Below are positions 13,889 through 26,288 of a stretch of 64,000 nucleotides of DNA, in pieces. Below the pieces are notes generated by a model. The model was not told the origin of the DNA. It saw nothing but the letters and a program-made list of their open reading frames with translations, and did not search any database. Origin of the DNA: Iphione sp. A-MEVVRFRX5 (Eukaryota); NCBI GenBank assembly GCA_976226885.1, contig OZ320314.1:90706001-90770000 (forward strand). The letters run 5' to 3'. Position numbers and translations under genes: made by a program. Each line of letters starts with the position of its first letter. Position 1 is the first letter of the stretch.

Positions 13889-14752
13889 TTAGTCTCCTTT
13901 GTTCTTACGTATATACAATGTACCTGGTTGATATCCCACTGCCTGGCTCGACTGTGCAGTGGCTGCGTGGACAGCAGAATTCGGCGTTTGCGTCGGCTTC
14001 CTACGCCCTCCGTCTTCGATACCGACGTCCCCTCGCGTACTTCCTCTTCCGTCCAAGTACGCGTTGACAGCACTACTGCTTCCCCTTGTCACCGCATGGA
14101 GGTGTGTATCGTCACTGGAGGCTCGTGTGGTCATCGGCGCATTTCCACCTTGCCAGCTGCTACCGTGCGGAACGGAAACGGACATTGATGGGGCGCCTGC
14201 GCTCTGACCGCCAGCCGATCCACTTGCAGCTATTGGGGGCATTCTGAATGATTCCTCCCATAGGTATCGCTGTTGGTATTGTCGCGCTTCGGACACTGGT
14301 TCTCGCCGAGGTGAGTGGCTTTGGCTACGACTCTGAAGGTCATTGGTCACTTGACCTTCAACCTGGACCCAAGGTCGGGCTTCTATGCCCTCTCTTGGTA
14401 CCCTTTGATGTCGCCGTTGCTGGGGCTCTTCCTGCTTAATGCAGTGATTAGGTCTCTGGCTCAGTATCTGACCTTGGTTCTTACCCGGTACTTGACTTTG
14501 ACCTTGAGTGGCCAAGAGATTGGCAAGCTCTTCCTCCAGATAGGGTCCTGCTGGTCCGTAGCACCAGGGGGCCTGGACGTAGTGCGTGTATTCAACCCGC
14601 TGTTGGCGGGGGCTCGGCCTAGACCGCCCCCTATCGTCGACGACTGGCTCGATTGACCGCGGTGACGCCGTCGTGGTCGTCGATATTTCCCTGTCCGGGA
14701 CGACCACTGCCTCGGGCGACCGTCGGTGTGAGTCAGGCGTGCGGCCGGACAT
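13889..14752 (-). CDS. Unassigned 287-aa low-complexity ORF (Ser/Arg/Pro/Gln-rich) in a GC/CpG-rich island
   Basis: AUG-initiated and uninterrupted for 864 nt, but no recognisable domain. Confidence 0.25.
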   Translation of the reverse strand: MSGRTPDSHRRSPEAVVVPDREISTTTTASPRSIEPVVDDRGRSRPSPRQQRVEYTHYVQAPWCYGPAGPYLEEELANLLATQGQSQVPGKNQGQILSQRPNHCIKQEEPQQRRHQRVPREGIEARPWVQVEGQVTNDLQSRSQSHSPRREPVSEARQYQQRYLWEESFRMPPIAASGSAGGQSAGAPSMSVSVPHGSSWQGGNAPMTTRASSDDTHLHAVTRGSSSAVNAYLDGRGSTRGDVGIEDGGRRKPTQTPNSAVHAATAQSSQAVGYQPGTLYIRKNKGD

Positions 14753-16323
14753 CTCCTACTGAGTTCTCAGCCACCTTCTCTCGGTTTTCTCGTCACTCCT
14801 GGATAGGTTGTGCTAAGAAATCTCCCAAACCAAATTTTTTAAGTCTATCACTCCTCCTCGGAGCAACTATTCTCCTGCTTTAGCAAGTGTTATATCAAGA
14901 TGTTGGTATTAACACTAAAGGGAGACTCGATACAGGCAGTCCAGGAGTTGTTCACCTCTTAACCACCGCTCACCTGGTGACATACTAAACGCATAGCAAA
15001 GCGAAGTGAGAGTATCTGTTGGGCCAAGTAGTGGGAGTTGTTGTACCCCTACAAGCTATAAATCCATGGAGAGCTACTCTTGTCTGTGGCACGGAGATGA
15101 GCGAGTCAGCCACCCCCACCACCCATCAGCACCCTAGAATAGATCACCCACCCTGGTTGCACCCATCCCGCTCTCTCTCTCACTGACTTCCCTAGTCAAC
15201 TCACCACCACCAGCTCGACGCCATCAGCGAACTGCTCTTCTCTTGCTCACCATCTGTTCGGCAAACATGTCGAATCCATCACATTAATTGGTGCACGTCG
15301 GCAGATGGCCATCATGTCAATATCTTGTGGCCGGCACCGCTTCCACTCGGAAAGGTTATGTCCATGTAACCTGTTCGGACGATTTCCTTCCACTTCACCG
15401 AACGTTCGCAATTCCCACTACGTCTCGTTGGCACAGTTCCTCGGAGACTTGGCATTTTCTTCTTTCCTGTCTTCCTCCCTTCCTACGGTGCTTTTTATTT
15501 CTCTTCTATTCTTGCACTACATTATGTTCGTCGGTCGGTTAGTCTGTCTGTCCCTCTCCGCCTGATTTTGGTTCCTTTTGTATTTGTTGCAACCTATCTC
15601 TCCTCTCTCTCATTTGGATCTCTCTGGTCTTTGTGTTTACCTAGTTGTCGGTCTCAGTCCAGGTAACTATCATGTCATATTATTTTATATCCCTCTGTGA
15701 GGTAAGACTAAATCTACATTCCAAAGGACGCCTTATAAAAGAAGTCAGTTGTGTTCCGCCTCCTTCCTCTCTTCCCCCCTCTCTCGTTCTCTTTTTCCCA
15801 TTCTTAATTTTCCCATTTCCTTTCAGAACCCATCAACCAATGTTGACCTCACTGTGCATTTCTGGCTAAATGTTCTTTTAAACTGCCTGTTGATGCTTAG
15901 TATCCCATGATGAATTATAGTGTGTCCGGCTTCGCTTTGATTTGTACCCCTTCGGCCTTCTCTGAACACCTCTCATCATTTTACTCTTTACCATCGGATA
16001 TGATACACACACGCGATTATTTTGATTATACGTTTTCATAATCAATGTTGACTTTTCGTTCGGTGCGTAAGAAAGATTACAATCCTTATACCACTGTACA
16101 CTATTTATACACGTATTTCTTAGAATATATACATATGTGTGTACATTGTAAACATTATCTTTGAGATTGTTAAGACCTTCTACATTGCCGTCAGCATTTC
16201 CTCTCTCCTCTTCTTTGCCGCAGTGTCATTAACTCTTTGAAGCAAGACACGCACGGCACGAATGTTTCTTGTTTTAAATTTAAGTAAAACCTGCCCATGT
16301 TATTCGTGAAGCGTTTATATAAT

Positions 16324-16342
16324 TATATATATATATATATAT
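16324..16342. repeat. (TA)n microsatellite
   Basis: tatatatatatatatatat. Confidence 0.9.
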
Positions 16343-18260
16343 CCTCCAGACTTTTGTTTATGTTCTTACCTCATGTTTCCTCCACTATGTCTTCTCATAC
16401 CCTACGGCTATCCGTCTTCTGGCATACTTGCTTCGTCGTTATGTGGTTTCGTTTACTTAAAAACCTCTTGTAGGAATTGTGTTAACCGAGACGCACCGTT
16501 TCTGCAACAAGACCCATGGCCCTTTTCTGACTACACCGTGTTGCGGCATTTCTTGGCAGTATAAAAGTGAAATTTAATTCCCGTAATTACAGTATCTGTT
16601 CGTATGTCCACGTTTTAATTGCTACATAGCCGTGGAAGTGTTGTAACGTATGGAAGGTTTATCGTTGCAGGTAAATTGCTAAAAATACCACCATGGAGTG
16701 GAGGTTTCAGTATCAATACAGGAACATTTCTCATGAATTCGTTCCTCAGCCTGGTACACATAAATAAAGAAAGGATTGCATTTCCAACAGTTGTTACAAG
16801 ACTGGAAAAAATACATTTACGTCTAGCTTGCGCAGTATGATAAAAGCACCACGTTTTCACTTCGGACTGTTTGCGAAACGTAAACCACAAACAGCAGGAG
16901 CGATTCAAAAAGCTCATTTATGTATAGATTTGTGTATGTGTGTGTGGCAGGCATTAAGAGCTAAGTGGAGGGCTGCAAGCTAAGTGACGGGGGTATGAGG
17001 GACAGGTAGGTACACCTGGCCGAGGTTGAAGCACCACAGAGTATTTACAGTACATGCTCTTCCGGCCGACAGGTGGCCCTAATGTAGCGGTACGTTCTGC
17101 TTAAGTGATGGGCTATCAATTATTGCCCGCGAGCATTTCTGCCACAGTATTGTGAGGTAGGATTTCTAAGGCGATGGCTTCTAGAATACGCGTAAATGTC
17201 ACAGGAAAGCTAATTATTTCTGGAGAGAACGTAATTGCGGGAAATGGAAAATCTGGACATTACAATCTTGGAATACACAGTTAGGGATGGTTTCAATGCT
17301 TACATAAATGTGTTCGTTTATAAAAGAAAAAGCATATGATAATCAGCATAATGGTTTCCATAAGTGCACTGTGCTGTTGTATTTCAGAATGTGTGTGGGA
17401 CCATGCATCTGCATGTTATTAATTTATAACTGCTCACAAATTCCATGCAATAACATACTCATGCACCCATACACACGGGTAAGATATGGAGTATAAAGCT
17501 ATGCGCAGGCTTTGGAGCCTCAAGGTATTGCACACAGTGAAGTGGCACATAGGGTAGGTGTGACCAAAGTGCGTACAGTTTTCATAAATTAAACATAACT
17601 TTAGCATTCATCTAGAAAAATTCCCAATACCTTCATGATTTGACATCTGAAGTGTAACCTCTGGTAGAATCCCTAGTATATTAATAAATTAAAACATCTT
17701 TAGCAGGCTGGAGGAAATGTGTGGCAGACAGATATATACACATATACGCAGCTTGCTACTAATGCACATGCACTCTCTTGAGAGTATGGGTCAACACCTG
17801 TATGACAATATGGGACATTGTGTTTCCATGGCCAACTTTCCCACAACACAAGCACAAATGCAATACACAAACATAGGCATGGAAACGGGCCCTTACAGGT
17901 AGTGATTATATCTGGACAGTTGTAACGTTCAGGAGGCAGTAACCTAAATAAATATCATCTAATGCATGTCTGTCTTATGTAAAGGAAGTGCATTATTTGA
18001 GAGACTTAGGCAAGGGGGGATATCAGAGGGGATAGATAGGAAAACAGAGCCCTGCATTATACTGTACATGACAGGGTGAAAGCTGTTAGAAACAATGGGA
18101 AAATTGAGGTAGAAAAGGAGCATGTAGCCAACTGCTGGAAAGAGAGCGATGGACCGAGAAAGATAAAGAAACATGAGGAGATGGACACACAAAGCGGAAA
18201 AACAGAAGACTCATGATATGCTGAAAGTGAAACCTTAGTTTTGAGACTCGAAGGTTTGTA

Positions 18261-18520
18261 TTGAATAAAATTAAGAGCAAATATATGTGTCTAGGGAAAG
18301 CAATTCCCCTTGATCTCGACCTAAAATTAATAATAAAAAAAATCAAGGAATTCAATTTTCTAGGTATCCTGCTGGATAGCAGGCTGAGTTACAAACAATC
18401 AGTTGACCATAAAATCAAGAAATTACACGCTGTCACCTACATGTAAAAATAGCAAAATTTCGGTTACCATAAAAGATAAGGCCCCCTGTGCTAAAAACAT
18501 TCTACCTCTCATATTTGGAC
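18261..18520 (+). mobile_element. Decayed LINE RT C-terminal (thumb) fragment
   Basis: NKIKSKYMCLGK..IKEFNFLGILLDSRLSYKQSVD, then LKTFYLSYLD in a shifted frame. Confidence 0.6.
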
Positions 18521-20705
18521 CACGTCATTGTTTTTGACCTAGGTAGCAGGATGAACCATTGGTCAAAATTGCAGAAATCTTTTGAGAAAGCAGTAAGAAA
18601 ATACGTGTGTTGAAAGAAAATGCCCCACGGGTCAAGTTGTCAAGACCACGTGGTGCTGTATACCAATGGTGCTCCTGGTATTGTGGAAGGTCCTTTTGGA
18701 ATAGTCTACCAGCTGCAACACACCAGCTGGAGAAGAAACCATTCAAATCATGCTGAAAAGAATTAATCAGTCTCTTTGTATGCAGTGAATATTTAGTGAA
18801 GTGCAAATTGCCTCAGAATGGAATACGTAGTAATTCAATTGCTGTAGTAGATCTATCTGTATGGCCTTTGCAACATGGTTGTATTTTACGGTATGGGTAC
18901 TATTTGAAAACCATCCGGCCTTGGTGAAAATGTGTGCTCAAACATTTTAAACTCAAATCAGATCGAACTAACAGTCGCAAAGACCGATCAACAGACAGAA
19001 AGTGTAAAGGAGCGAAACCCAACCGGTACATCTATACCTCAGGTCTTGGGTTTGTAGACAGAAATATCACCAGTGTGGCTATTCTGGGAGATACTGAGCT
19101 ATTTCCCCTACGCTTACGTGGGAGCGTTTGGTAGGTATGAGTAGCTCACAGATGGCTCGGCGCCCATTTCTCCCGGTTGAAACCTGGGTCGGCCGTCATT
19201 ATGTGCCCATGGTAGCTCTGGAGCCTATTTATTTCAATAGGATACCGTTACAGGTATACCCTTCCCAAGTGTTTTTCCATATCGCTACTTCTGATGACTT
19301 CCGCTGGTATTTCGACTTCTGTGATCTTTCGCTTTCTTTGTCTTCGTCTTCCATGCTTTCTTTCGATTATTTTGCTCTCCCTCATCATGTCCTTTCTTCT
19401 ACTTTCTCTTGTAGTTCTTCTTTTCTGTAAAAACGGCGATGTTCTCTGTTTCTTCTTCTATATCCATTTCTCCATCAGTGCTCTCGATTTCGTTCTCAGC
19501 TTCCAAATACATGTACTCCTCACTATATCAACCTCGACCCTTCGCTTCCAGGCCTTCTTCACCTTTCCCTAAGGGCCATCATTAGTGAAAGGCGTATTCT
19601 ATAGGTACCTCCCTGGGTATCTCGACCACCCAACAGACATCCTACTCCATGTCGGTGCTACCTTTACATGCGTATCCCTACGAGGCAACCAGTATTTTCA
19701 TTTAAAAGCGGGACTATCAATCACTATAATTAGCATAGCTTATAAAAACTAATAGTATCCCTTCCTTCAAAAATGATCAAGACAACAATGATTAACATAC
19801 CAGCACTGCTACAATTATCATCATAATCACAACTCGATTAAGACCCTCATTTGCAGTCACTCTCGATACCAAGTACCCAGTTACGACTAGTAGCCAGTAG
19901 AGCTAACGCTAGCGCCTCCATTCTGATAAACCCAAGCCCTAATTAGCCTGTTGTTCTTGGCACAACAACACTACTAATCCCTCATGTCGTAACGATACCA
20001 CTAAAGAAGCGAGGTGGCGGTCGGCCGTGGAGGATTAGGTAACGCCCTCGCCTTTAACCGAGCTACTCGCTGAAAGCATTGAAGAGCTGCTCAACTAACC
20101 AAGGGGACACCAATGGGCATCTTATTCATATTTAAATAAAAACAGGTAGCTGTTGGTTGCGAGTTACTAAAGGAAACTTTTTTCTTGTAGCAGAACAAAC
20201 AACTTTGCAAACTTTGCAACACGCCCCTAATCAGCCAAGCGACTTATTCTACATTTTCAAAGAAAATAACGTATTTAAGCCTGCTGTTTCAAATTGCTTT
20301 CTCAGGGATATCGACGATCTCTAATTAATGATCTAACCTGTAAATTGGTACTTGCTGCAGATAATATGCAGATGTAGTTCATGTATCTCTCATTTTCCTT
20401 TTGCAATATTATCTCATATACATTGTGACAAAATATTACGCTATAGGTTTCAGATACGTTTGTATTTCGTATGAGCATATTGACCGTTTTTGGTAAGTGA
20501 TGGCAGCCCTAATGACCTTCTGTAAATGGGGCGCAGTACAGAAGGACAGCTAGTCCGGTCATTATACCACGACGAAGAGGTAAATCAACACATATTCTAC
20601 CTACAGGCCATTGCTCCCTTCGGGAACTTTTCATAAAGAGCTCTTTATTATATCATTGCTACCACCCGGGGTGCCACTGTACCTAAAAGGTAATGTATGG
20701 AGTAT

Positions 20706-20729
20706 TTGATTGATTGATTGATTTTTATT
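20706..20729 (-). repeat. Candidate LINE 3' tail: AATAAA followed by (ATCA)4
   Basis: Plus strand reads ttgattgattgattgatttttatt. Short tandem-repeat tails are typical of CR1/L2-group LINEs. Confidence 0.55.
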
Positions 20730-21446
20730 TTCAGCACATCTCCAAAATTACATTAGAGCTTCCATTGCGCGAAAAGAAAGACAAACAGAACAATAAAGAA
20801 AAATAGAATGTAAAGAGTGATATGATACAATGGTGTTCATCAATAGGCTCGCCTAGGTACAGATACTTGGTACATTGACACCACAGAAACAGCAGTCACT
20901 TGGGGTTAATGACAATAAAACACATCACAGCTGAGTCAGAGTCAACAAGTTCTGTTCGATCCCATATAGTACCTCATGCTTACGGATGTTAATCGCACCT
21001 ATCCATAATGAAATAGTGTTGTGTTTGCGCGTTACTATCCTCACCTCGCTTACACCCACGGAATCATTCAGCTGATACTCCATACCACTTACACCCGGAC
21101 GTTCACTCTTACAAAGGCATATTTTTTAACCTTGAGTAAACATTACATTCCAGATCCCAAAACAGCCACATGCACGCACATTCTCTCAGAGGCAGCCACG
21201 AAAGTCGAGTTTACAGACAATGAAATTTGCAGTTTCACTAGCAAGTCTGTTACCTGGAAGTAAACCTCATGTCCCCAGGCTGGTGTGCCTAGGGGGTATG
21301 ACAGGTGCCGTTCCCCCCTATCTCATCAAGTGAGCAGCCCCCCAACACATTGCATGTGGTAATGCATGTAACACCACCAACTTTAGTTTAGCAACTCTCG
21401 TTTGCATCTTCAGTCTTCCTCACAGCGACATAGCAGGACCTCCGTT

Positions 21447-24221
21447 TCAACAAGGTGATAGGTGCCCTACCATAGCACGTTTGCTCAGTTTGCGTTCCCT
21501 TTTGATTGCCGTGGGGAGCGCATTCCAGCATCTTACTCCCAGGTAGCCCAGTGATCTGGCATACCTTGAGCTCCTCGGGCGACTAGTAACGCCCCTCCAT
21601 TGGACTCCCATCCTAGTTCTTCCTCTCTGATCAGACTCTATCAGTCCCAAGTGCATTTGATTGTGGATTGCACGGACACCATGGAATCGTACCAGTTCGT
21701 GGACTCGAGGTATGCCAAACCTCCGATGCAGTGAGGCTGCCGATAGGAAGTCCCTCTCTTGAAGAGCGAGGCGTGCACAACGGTTTAGGTGCACCTGGAG
21801 TCCCACAGTGCCTGCACTTGTCAATGCAAACCAAGTTGCTGCACCGAATCGATAGTGAACTAGAACCAATGCCCTAAACAGCATTAGTCTGGCACTGAGT
21901 GGGAGGAACCTTTTGGTTCTCCCAATCGCCATGGCACCACTCCATGTTTTAGCCTTGGTATGTTTAATTGAGGCTTTCATACTCATGTGCCCGTCAATCT
22001 TGTGACCCAAAAGGGTTACTGTAGTTTCCATTGCCAGTTTCTTGCCATTGAGAGAGACATCCAGTGGGATACCAGTGGCTTTCCCCATTGGACAGTACGC
22101 ACATTTTTGCTCACTCAATAGTAGCCCCTCACCAACGCACCAGGCCGACACAGCATTGAGTGATTGCACCACGACCCCTCGTAGTCGTAGCAAGTCTTTT
22201 GCATAAGCTATCAGGGTCAAGTCGTCGGCGTAGAGTACAGCAACAGTGTTCACCGGCAGGATGCCCGTGACAGTGTTTATTGCCATGTTAAAGGCTACCG
22301 GACCAAAAATAGATCCCTGGGGCACTCCCTGCCTCACCTCCAGCAAGCTCGAGTCAAGACCGTGGCATCTGACAAACTGTCTACGACCAGTCAGGTAGGA
22401 AGCAATAAGCTTCCGCAACTTTGGTCCTGCGCCCATGTCCATTAGGCGTTTGATCACGGTTGCATGTGGAACCAGATCAAACGCCTTTTTCAGGTCGAAC
22501 GTCAGCAGGCATGTATAAGCCCCTTGATTAGTGAGCTCTGATACAGCGTTGGTCAGTTTGATTATAGCTGTCTCTGTACCACGGCCCTCTCTAAAGCCAT
22601 GCTGTGCTTTTGCAAAACAGTCTCTCCTCTCCAATTCCTTGGTCAGCTCCTTTGTGAACCAACGTTCACAAAGCTTACCGGGTAGCGGCAATATAGACAC
22701 AGGACGATAATGCCCAAGTTGACTCGCGTCCCCACGCTTGTACACGGGCGTAACCCGTGCAACTTTCCATGAACATGGAAAGCGTCCTGTCTCCAGAACC
22801 TTGTGAAAAATCCAAGACAGGAACTCGGGGCACAGCTTGAACAAAGGTTTGAGGATCTTGGTTGGCACCCCTTGTAGACCGGAGGACTTTTTGATGTCAA
22901 TACCATCAACTAGTCTTCTTACCTCGATTGGCGACGGCGGGTTAATTTCAAAACCCGACCCTCCGCAGTACTCAAAGGGGTTGTCTCTAGGGCCATTTTG
23001 GCTGACCAGAGATTCCACCTCTTCAACAAAATACTTGTTGAAGGAGTCAGCCAACTCTAAGTTATGTACTGATCTCCATTCGTCCCTGTCTGGCAGGATG
23101 TCGTGTAGAGATGACTTACCGAGGGCATCATTAAGACATTGCCACAGTTTGGACATGTCACTACCCGCATCGCTCAGTCTTCTCTTCCAGTGCTCACGCC
23201 TACATTGACGTAAAGCACTTTTTGCCTTCTGGTTCAGGAAACGGAAGATCCGTAAACTGTCCTGGCAACCTGTGCTCCGCCATTTCCTATGGAAGTAGCG
23301 TCTGTCTTTGAGTAGCTCCCGGGTACCCTCATTAAGAGGGGTTGAGGCAACATCGTCCTCGATTTTGATTGTTCGTGGTGGGCAGGTCTCCAGGAGTATC
23401 GCATTCAGGGTCTCATAAAATTTCACCCATGCAATCTCGTGATCGCCATCTAGCAAGATCGCTTCTCGTCTCAGGCGCTCATATAGTTGTGGAATGTCAA
23501 CTTTATTCCAACTTCTCGTGGTAATTGATCTGGTCGCCGGTTTTTGCCCACCCTTCTTCAGGACGACGCCAACGGGCAGATGGTCACTAAGGAACCAGCT
23601 TAGAACCATTCCACCCTTATGCCCACTGAAGGAAACCCAACAGTGATCAAGGCAATGTTGGTTGGCTACCATGGTGGGTTCATTTATTAGCTGGACATAG
23701 CCCATCCCTGAGATGGCGTTTGCTATGCTCATTCCAGCTTTACCTGGTTGCAGGAAATCATAGTTGAAGTCACCAACTATGATTTTATCCGATTTCCCGT
23801 TGCGTCCCAATTTCCGACATGCTGCCTCTATTGATGCTATAGAGTCCTTGAGTTTGTCATTGGGTGGGCGGTAGATGTTCAAAACCTCCATGGGACGGTG
23901 ATTACCTACTTTGAACTTTGCTGCAATCATTTCACAGTGTGAATCTTGACCTGATAGCTCCAGGTCAAGCGTTGCCTGCAAAGTGATGGTGTCTCGGTAA
24001 TAAATGGCAACCCCTCCACCCCGTTTGTCAAACCTGGTTGCCCTGTCACAGCGTAGTAACTTGTATCCCGGAATAGAAACTACTCTGTCAGAGACATTTG
24101 GCGTGAGCCAAGTTTCATTGATGCACATGAGGTCAGCTGACTCTCTCCTCATGAGATCAATAAGGTGCCATGTCTTATTGACAAGACTCCTAACGTTATA
24201 ACTGACTATGCTGATAACCAT
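21447..24221 (-). CDS. LINE ORF2: AP endonuclease plus reverse transcriptase, 924 aa from the first AUG
   Basis: APE motifs SYNVRSL, CINETWL, GGGVAIY, YRPP, IVGDFN, LDHCW, SDHLPV. RT motifs YRPVSILP, QHGF, FDLKKAFDLVPH, GVPQGSIFGP, YADD. CR1-group C-terminus CWNALP, with no C-terminal CCHC knuckle. No stops or frameshifts; start context ACCATGG. Confidence 0.95.
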   Translation of the reverse strand: MVISIVSYNVRSLVNKTWHLIDLMRRESADLMCINETWLTPNVSDRVVSIPGYKLLRCDRATRFDKRGGGVAIYYRDTITLQATLDLELSGQDSHCEMIAAKFKVGNHRPMEVLNIYRPPNDKLKDSIASIEAACRKLGRNGKSDKIIVGDFNYDFLQPGKAGMSIANAISGMGYVQLINEPTMVANQHCLDHCWVSFSGHKGGMVLSWFLSDHLPVGVVLKKGGQKPATRSITTRSWNKVDIPQLYERLRREAILLDGDHEIAWVKFYETLNAILLETCPPRTIKIEDDVASTPLNEGTRELLKDRRYFHRKWRSTGCQDSLRIFRFLNQKAKSALRQCRREHWKRRLSDAGSDMSKLWQCLNDALGKSSLHDILPDRDEWRSVHNLELADSFNKYFVEEVESLVSQNGPRDNPFEYCGGSGFEINPPSPIEVRRLVDGIDIKKSSGLQGVPTKILKPLFKLCPEFLSWIFHKVLETGRFPCSWKVARVTPVYKRGDASQLGHYRPVSILPLPGKLCERWFTKELTKELERRDCFAKAQHGFREGRGTETAIIKLTNAVSELTNQGAYTCLLTFDLKKAFDLVPHATVIKRLMDMGAGPKLRKLIASYLTGRRQFVRCHGLDSSLLEVRQGVPQGSIFGPVAFNMAINTVTGILPVNTVAVLYADDLTLIAYAKDLLRLRGVVVQSLNAVSAWCVGEGLLLSEQKCAYCPMGKATGIPLDVSLNGKKLAMETTVTLLGHKIDGHMSMKASIKHTKAKTWSGAMAIGRTKRFLPLSARLMLFRALVLVHYRFGAATWFALTSAGTVGLQVHLNRCARLALQERDFLSAASLHRRFGIPRVHELVRFHGVRAIHNQMHLGLIESDQRGRTRMGVQWRGVTSRPRSSRYARSLGYLGVRCWNALPTAIKRERKLSKRAMVGHLSPC

Positions 24222-25269
24222 GGTCAGTATTCGCTGAGGCTCCTTAGATTCATACAGCACACCATACAGGCATAAGTGAAAACTCTCATGCTAACTTACA
24301 GTTGCTGTCACACCGGTACATTTAAACAGACACATTTTAACAAAATGCACATGTCAATCATCAATATACATAACAGGACGGTTCAGTCTGTAGGGACAAC
24401 ACAAGGCAGACCCTTCCTAGCTTGTAACTAGCACACAACCAATACTGTAGAGAATAGATCATGAGAATGTGAGGTAGAGTTTTCACATCACAGACTTTCA
24501 AGATCTACAAGACAATATTATGATATTGAAACAGGTGGCACAAAAGATAGAGGACACTTTGTGCGGGAATAGGTCGGGTTATATGTACAATTGATCAGGT
24601 TAACATCCACACCTGCGCATCACAAGTTTTCATCTCAAGAATAACATAGTGGTGACTCATGTTGTCAGCTTTACGCATTTGTTTCGGTTGTTAGGCAGAT
24701 GTATTTTCCTTGAGGAGGCATAGTAGGTGTAATAGTAATAACGTCGCCGCGTGACCATTAGTCGTACACAATTTATCGTAGAATAACTATAGCATGATTG
24801 AGCTAGGCTGTCATTGAGTTGCAAAGTGAGTATGGTAGTATTGAATTTTGTAAAGTCACATGCAATCACATACTGGATGAAAGGGTACAAAGACATGGTT
24901 TTATTCTTGGGATCTGAGACGATGGTTGTACATGCAGTGCAGAAATATAGCATGGTAGCACGCAGAGCTAAACAGGAAAAAAAAAGTAAGATATCTGAAG
25001 GGGCAAAAGTAATCTTGAGTACATAGTTTTAAAACATGGTAATCGGTTGATATGGTATATAGGATAATGATATCAGGATTTATCAAAATCGATGTTCAAA
25101 TGTCATATTTGCCACTGAACCGCATAAATTGACAGTCACAGAGTCGTCATCAGCAGTTACCTGATCGTAGGACTTAAACATCTTACACAAAAATTCAGCA
25201 CAGGCGGTGTGTTAAGTGCTAGTATCAATCTACCGCTTTATGGCAGAAGGGTAAAGCTGATGTATGCAC

Positions 25270-26001
25270 TTAGAAGTGTGGCCTCATGGAAGGGCCATAA
25301 AAGGCCATTACGTCACGTAGCAACCTGGCAATCTCATCACACCAGTCCCTCGCAATATCCACCTCGACATTAACGCCATCAAGAAGCAAGCCGTCTTGGT
25401 CAATGAAGAATACACTATCCACGATGTAGTTAATTAGGCGGTCAAGCTGGGGGGGCAAGAGTCCATACCTCCTGCCAGTGTGCTGACAAACCATGTTGTG
25501 GATACGCACAATGTCATTTAGCCTGGTCTGCTGGTACGGATCATCATAAAACAGGTCTGGTTCACACCTACGTAGCATTATACCTGGTATAGGCGCGCAG
25601 ATCACGCGTGGGCCCCTCCGGTCAGCACCCCTGAAGACTTCTGTCAGGCGCCAGATTGTAGCTCGCACCATGTTGTTGTACCTGTTAGAGTCCTGACACC
25701 TTAACGTCCATTGACCACACTCTCTCATAATGCAGTCAAAGGTCCCTGTTAGTAGTAATGCTAGGTCGAAGGCTTGCCAGTCGAAAATTAAACTCCAGCG
25801 GAGAATTCTACGGTAGGTTGCCCTCTGCATGACAATGACGTGGATTGTCATTGGAGGTAAGGGGACCTGCCGCAGTCTGATCACAGCACGATGAGTCCTC
25901 GAGTCACAGAAGATTACTATCCTCAAGCGTAGGTCATCGCGTAACCCTGGGTGGTTCTGGATGGCATACTCTGTGATCAAAAAACCACAATACCAGACCA
26001 C
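25270..26001 (-). CDS. SGNH/GDSL hydrolase-fold ORF, likely catalytically inactive, ~243 aa (no AUG before residue 51)
   Basis: Correctly ordered SGNH-like blocks: IVIFCDSR (GDS), LLLTGTFD (GxND), VICAPIPG, LLLDGVNV (DGxH). The ORF is uninterrupted and lies between ORF1 and ORF2 on the same strand. Confidence 0.6.
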   Translation of the reverse strand: MVWYCGFLITEYAIQNHPGLRDDLRLRIVIFCDSRTHRAVIRLRQVPLPPMTIHVIVMQRATYRRILRWSLIFDWQAFDLALLLTGTFDCIMRECGQWTLRCQDSNRYNNMVRATIWRLTEVFRGADRRGPRVICAPIPGIMLRRCEPDLFYDDPYQQTRLNDIVRIHNMVCQHTGRRYGLLPPQLDRLINYIVDSVFFIDQDGLLLDGVNVEVDIARDWCDEIARLLRDVMAFYGPSMRPHF

Positions 26002-26288
26002 ACCTCAGCATATTACCTAAATCACGAAATCCTGAACCCTGGCTAGGCACTGTGAAGTGATAATCTAACAGGTAATACATTGTTCACACTCAAATGAGTT
26101 GTTTTGAAACTATTCAATTAACATCACAGTAATTCACAGCACCAGTTATTGACAAGGTGAACCATCCGAAAGACACAACAGGGTAACGTTAAGTCAATAG
26201 TCAGAAAATGTAGATTAGTTCGGAAGTACATAATGGATCTAACATAAAGCGTTAAGTTGGAGTCAAAACTAAGACAAATATGAGGAGA

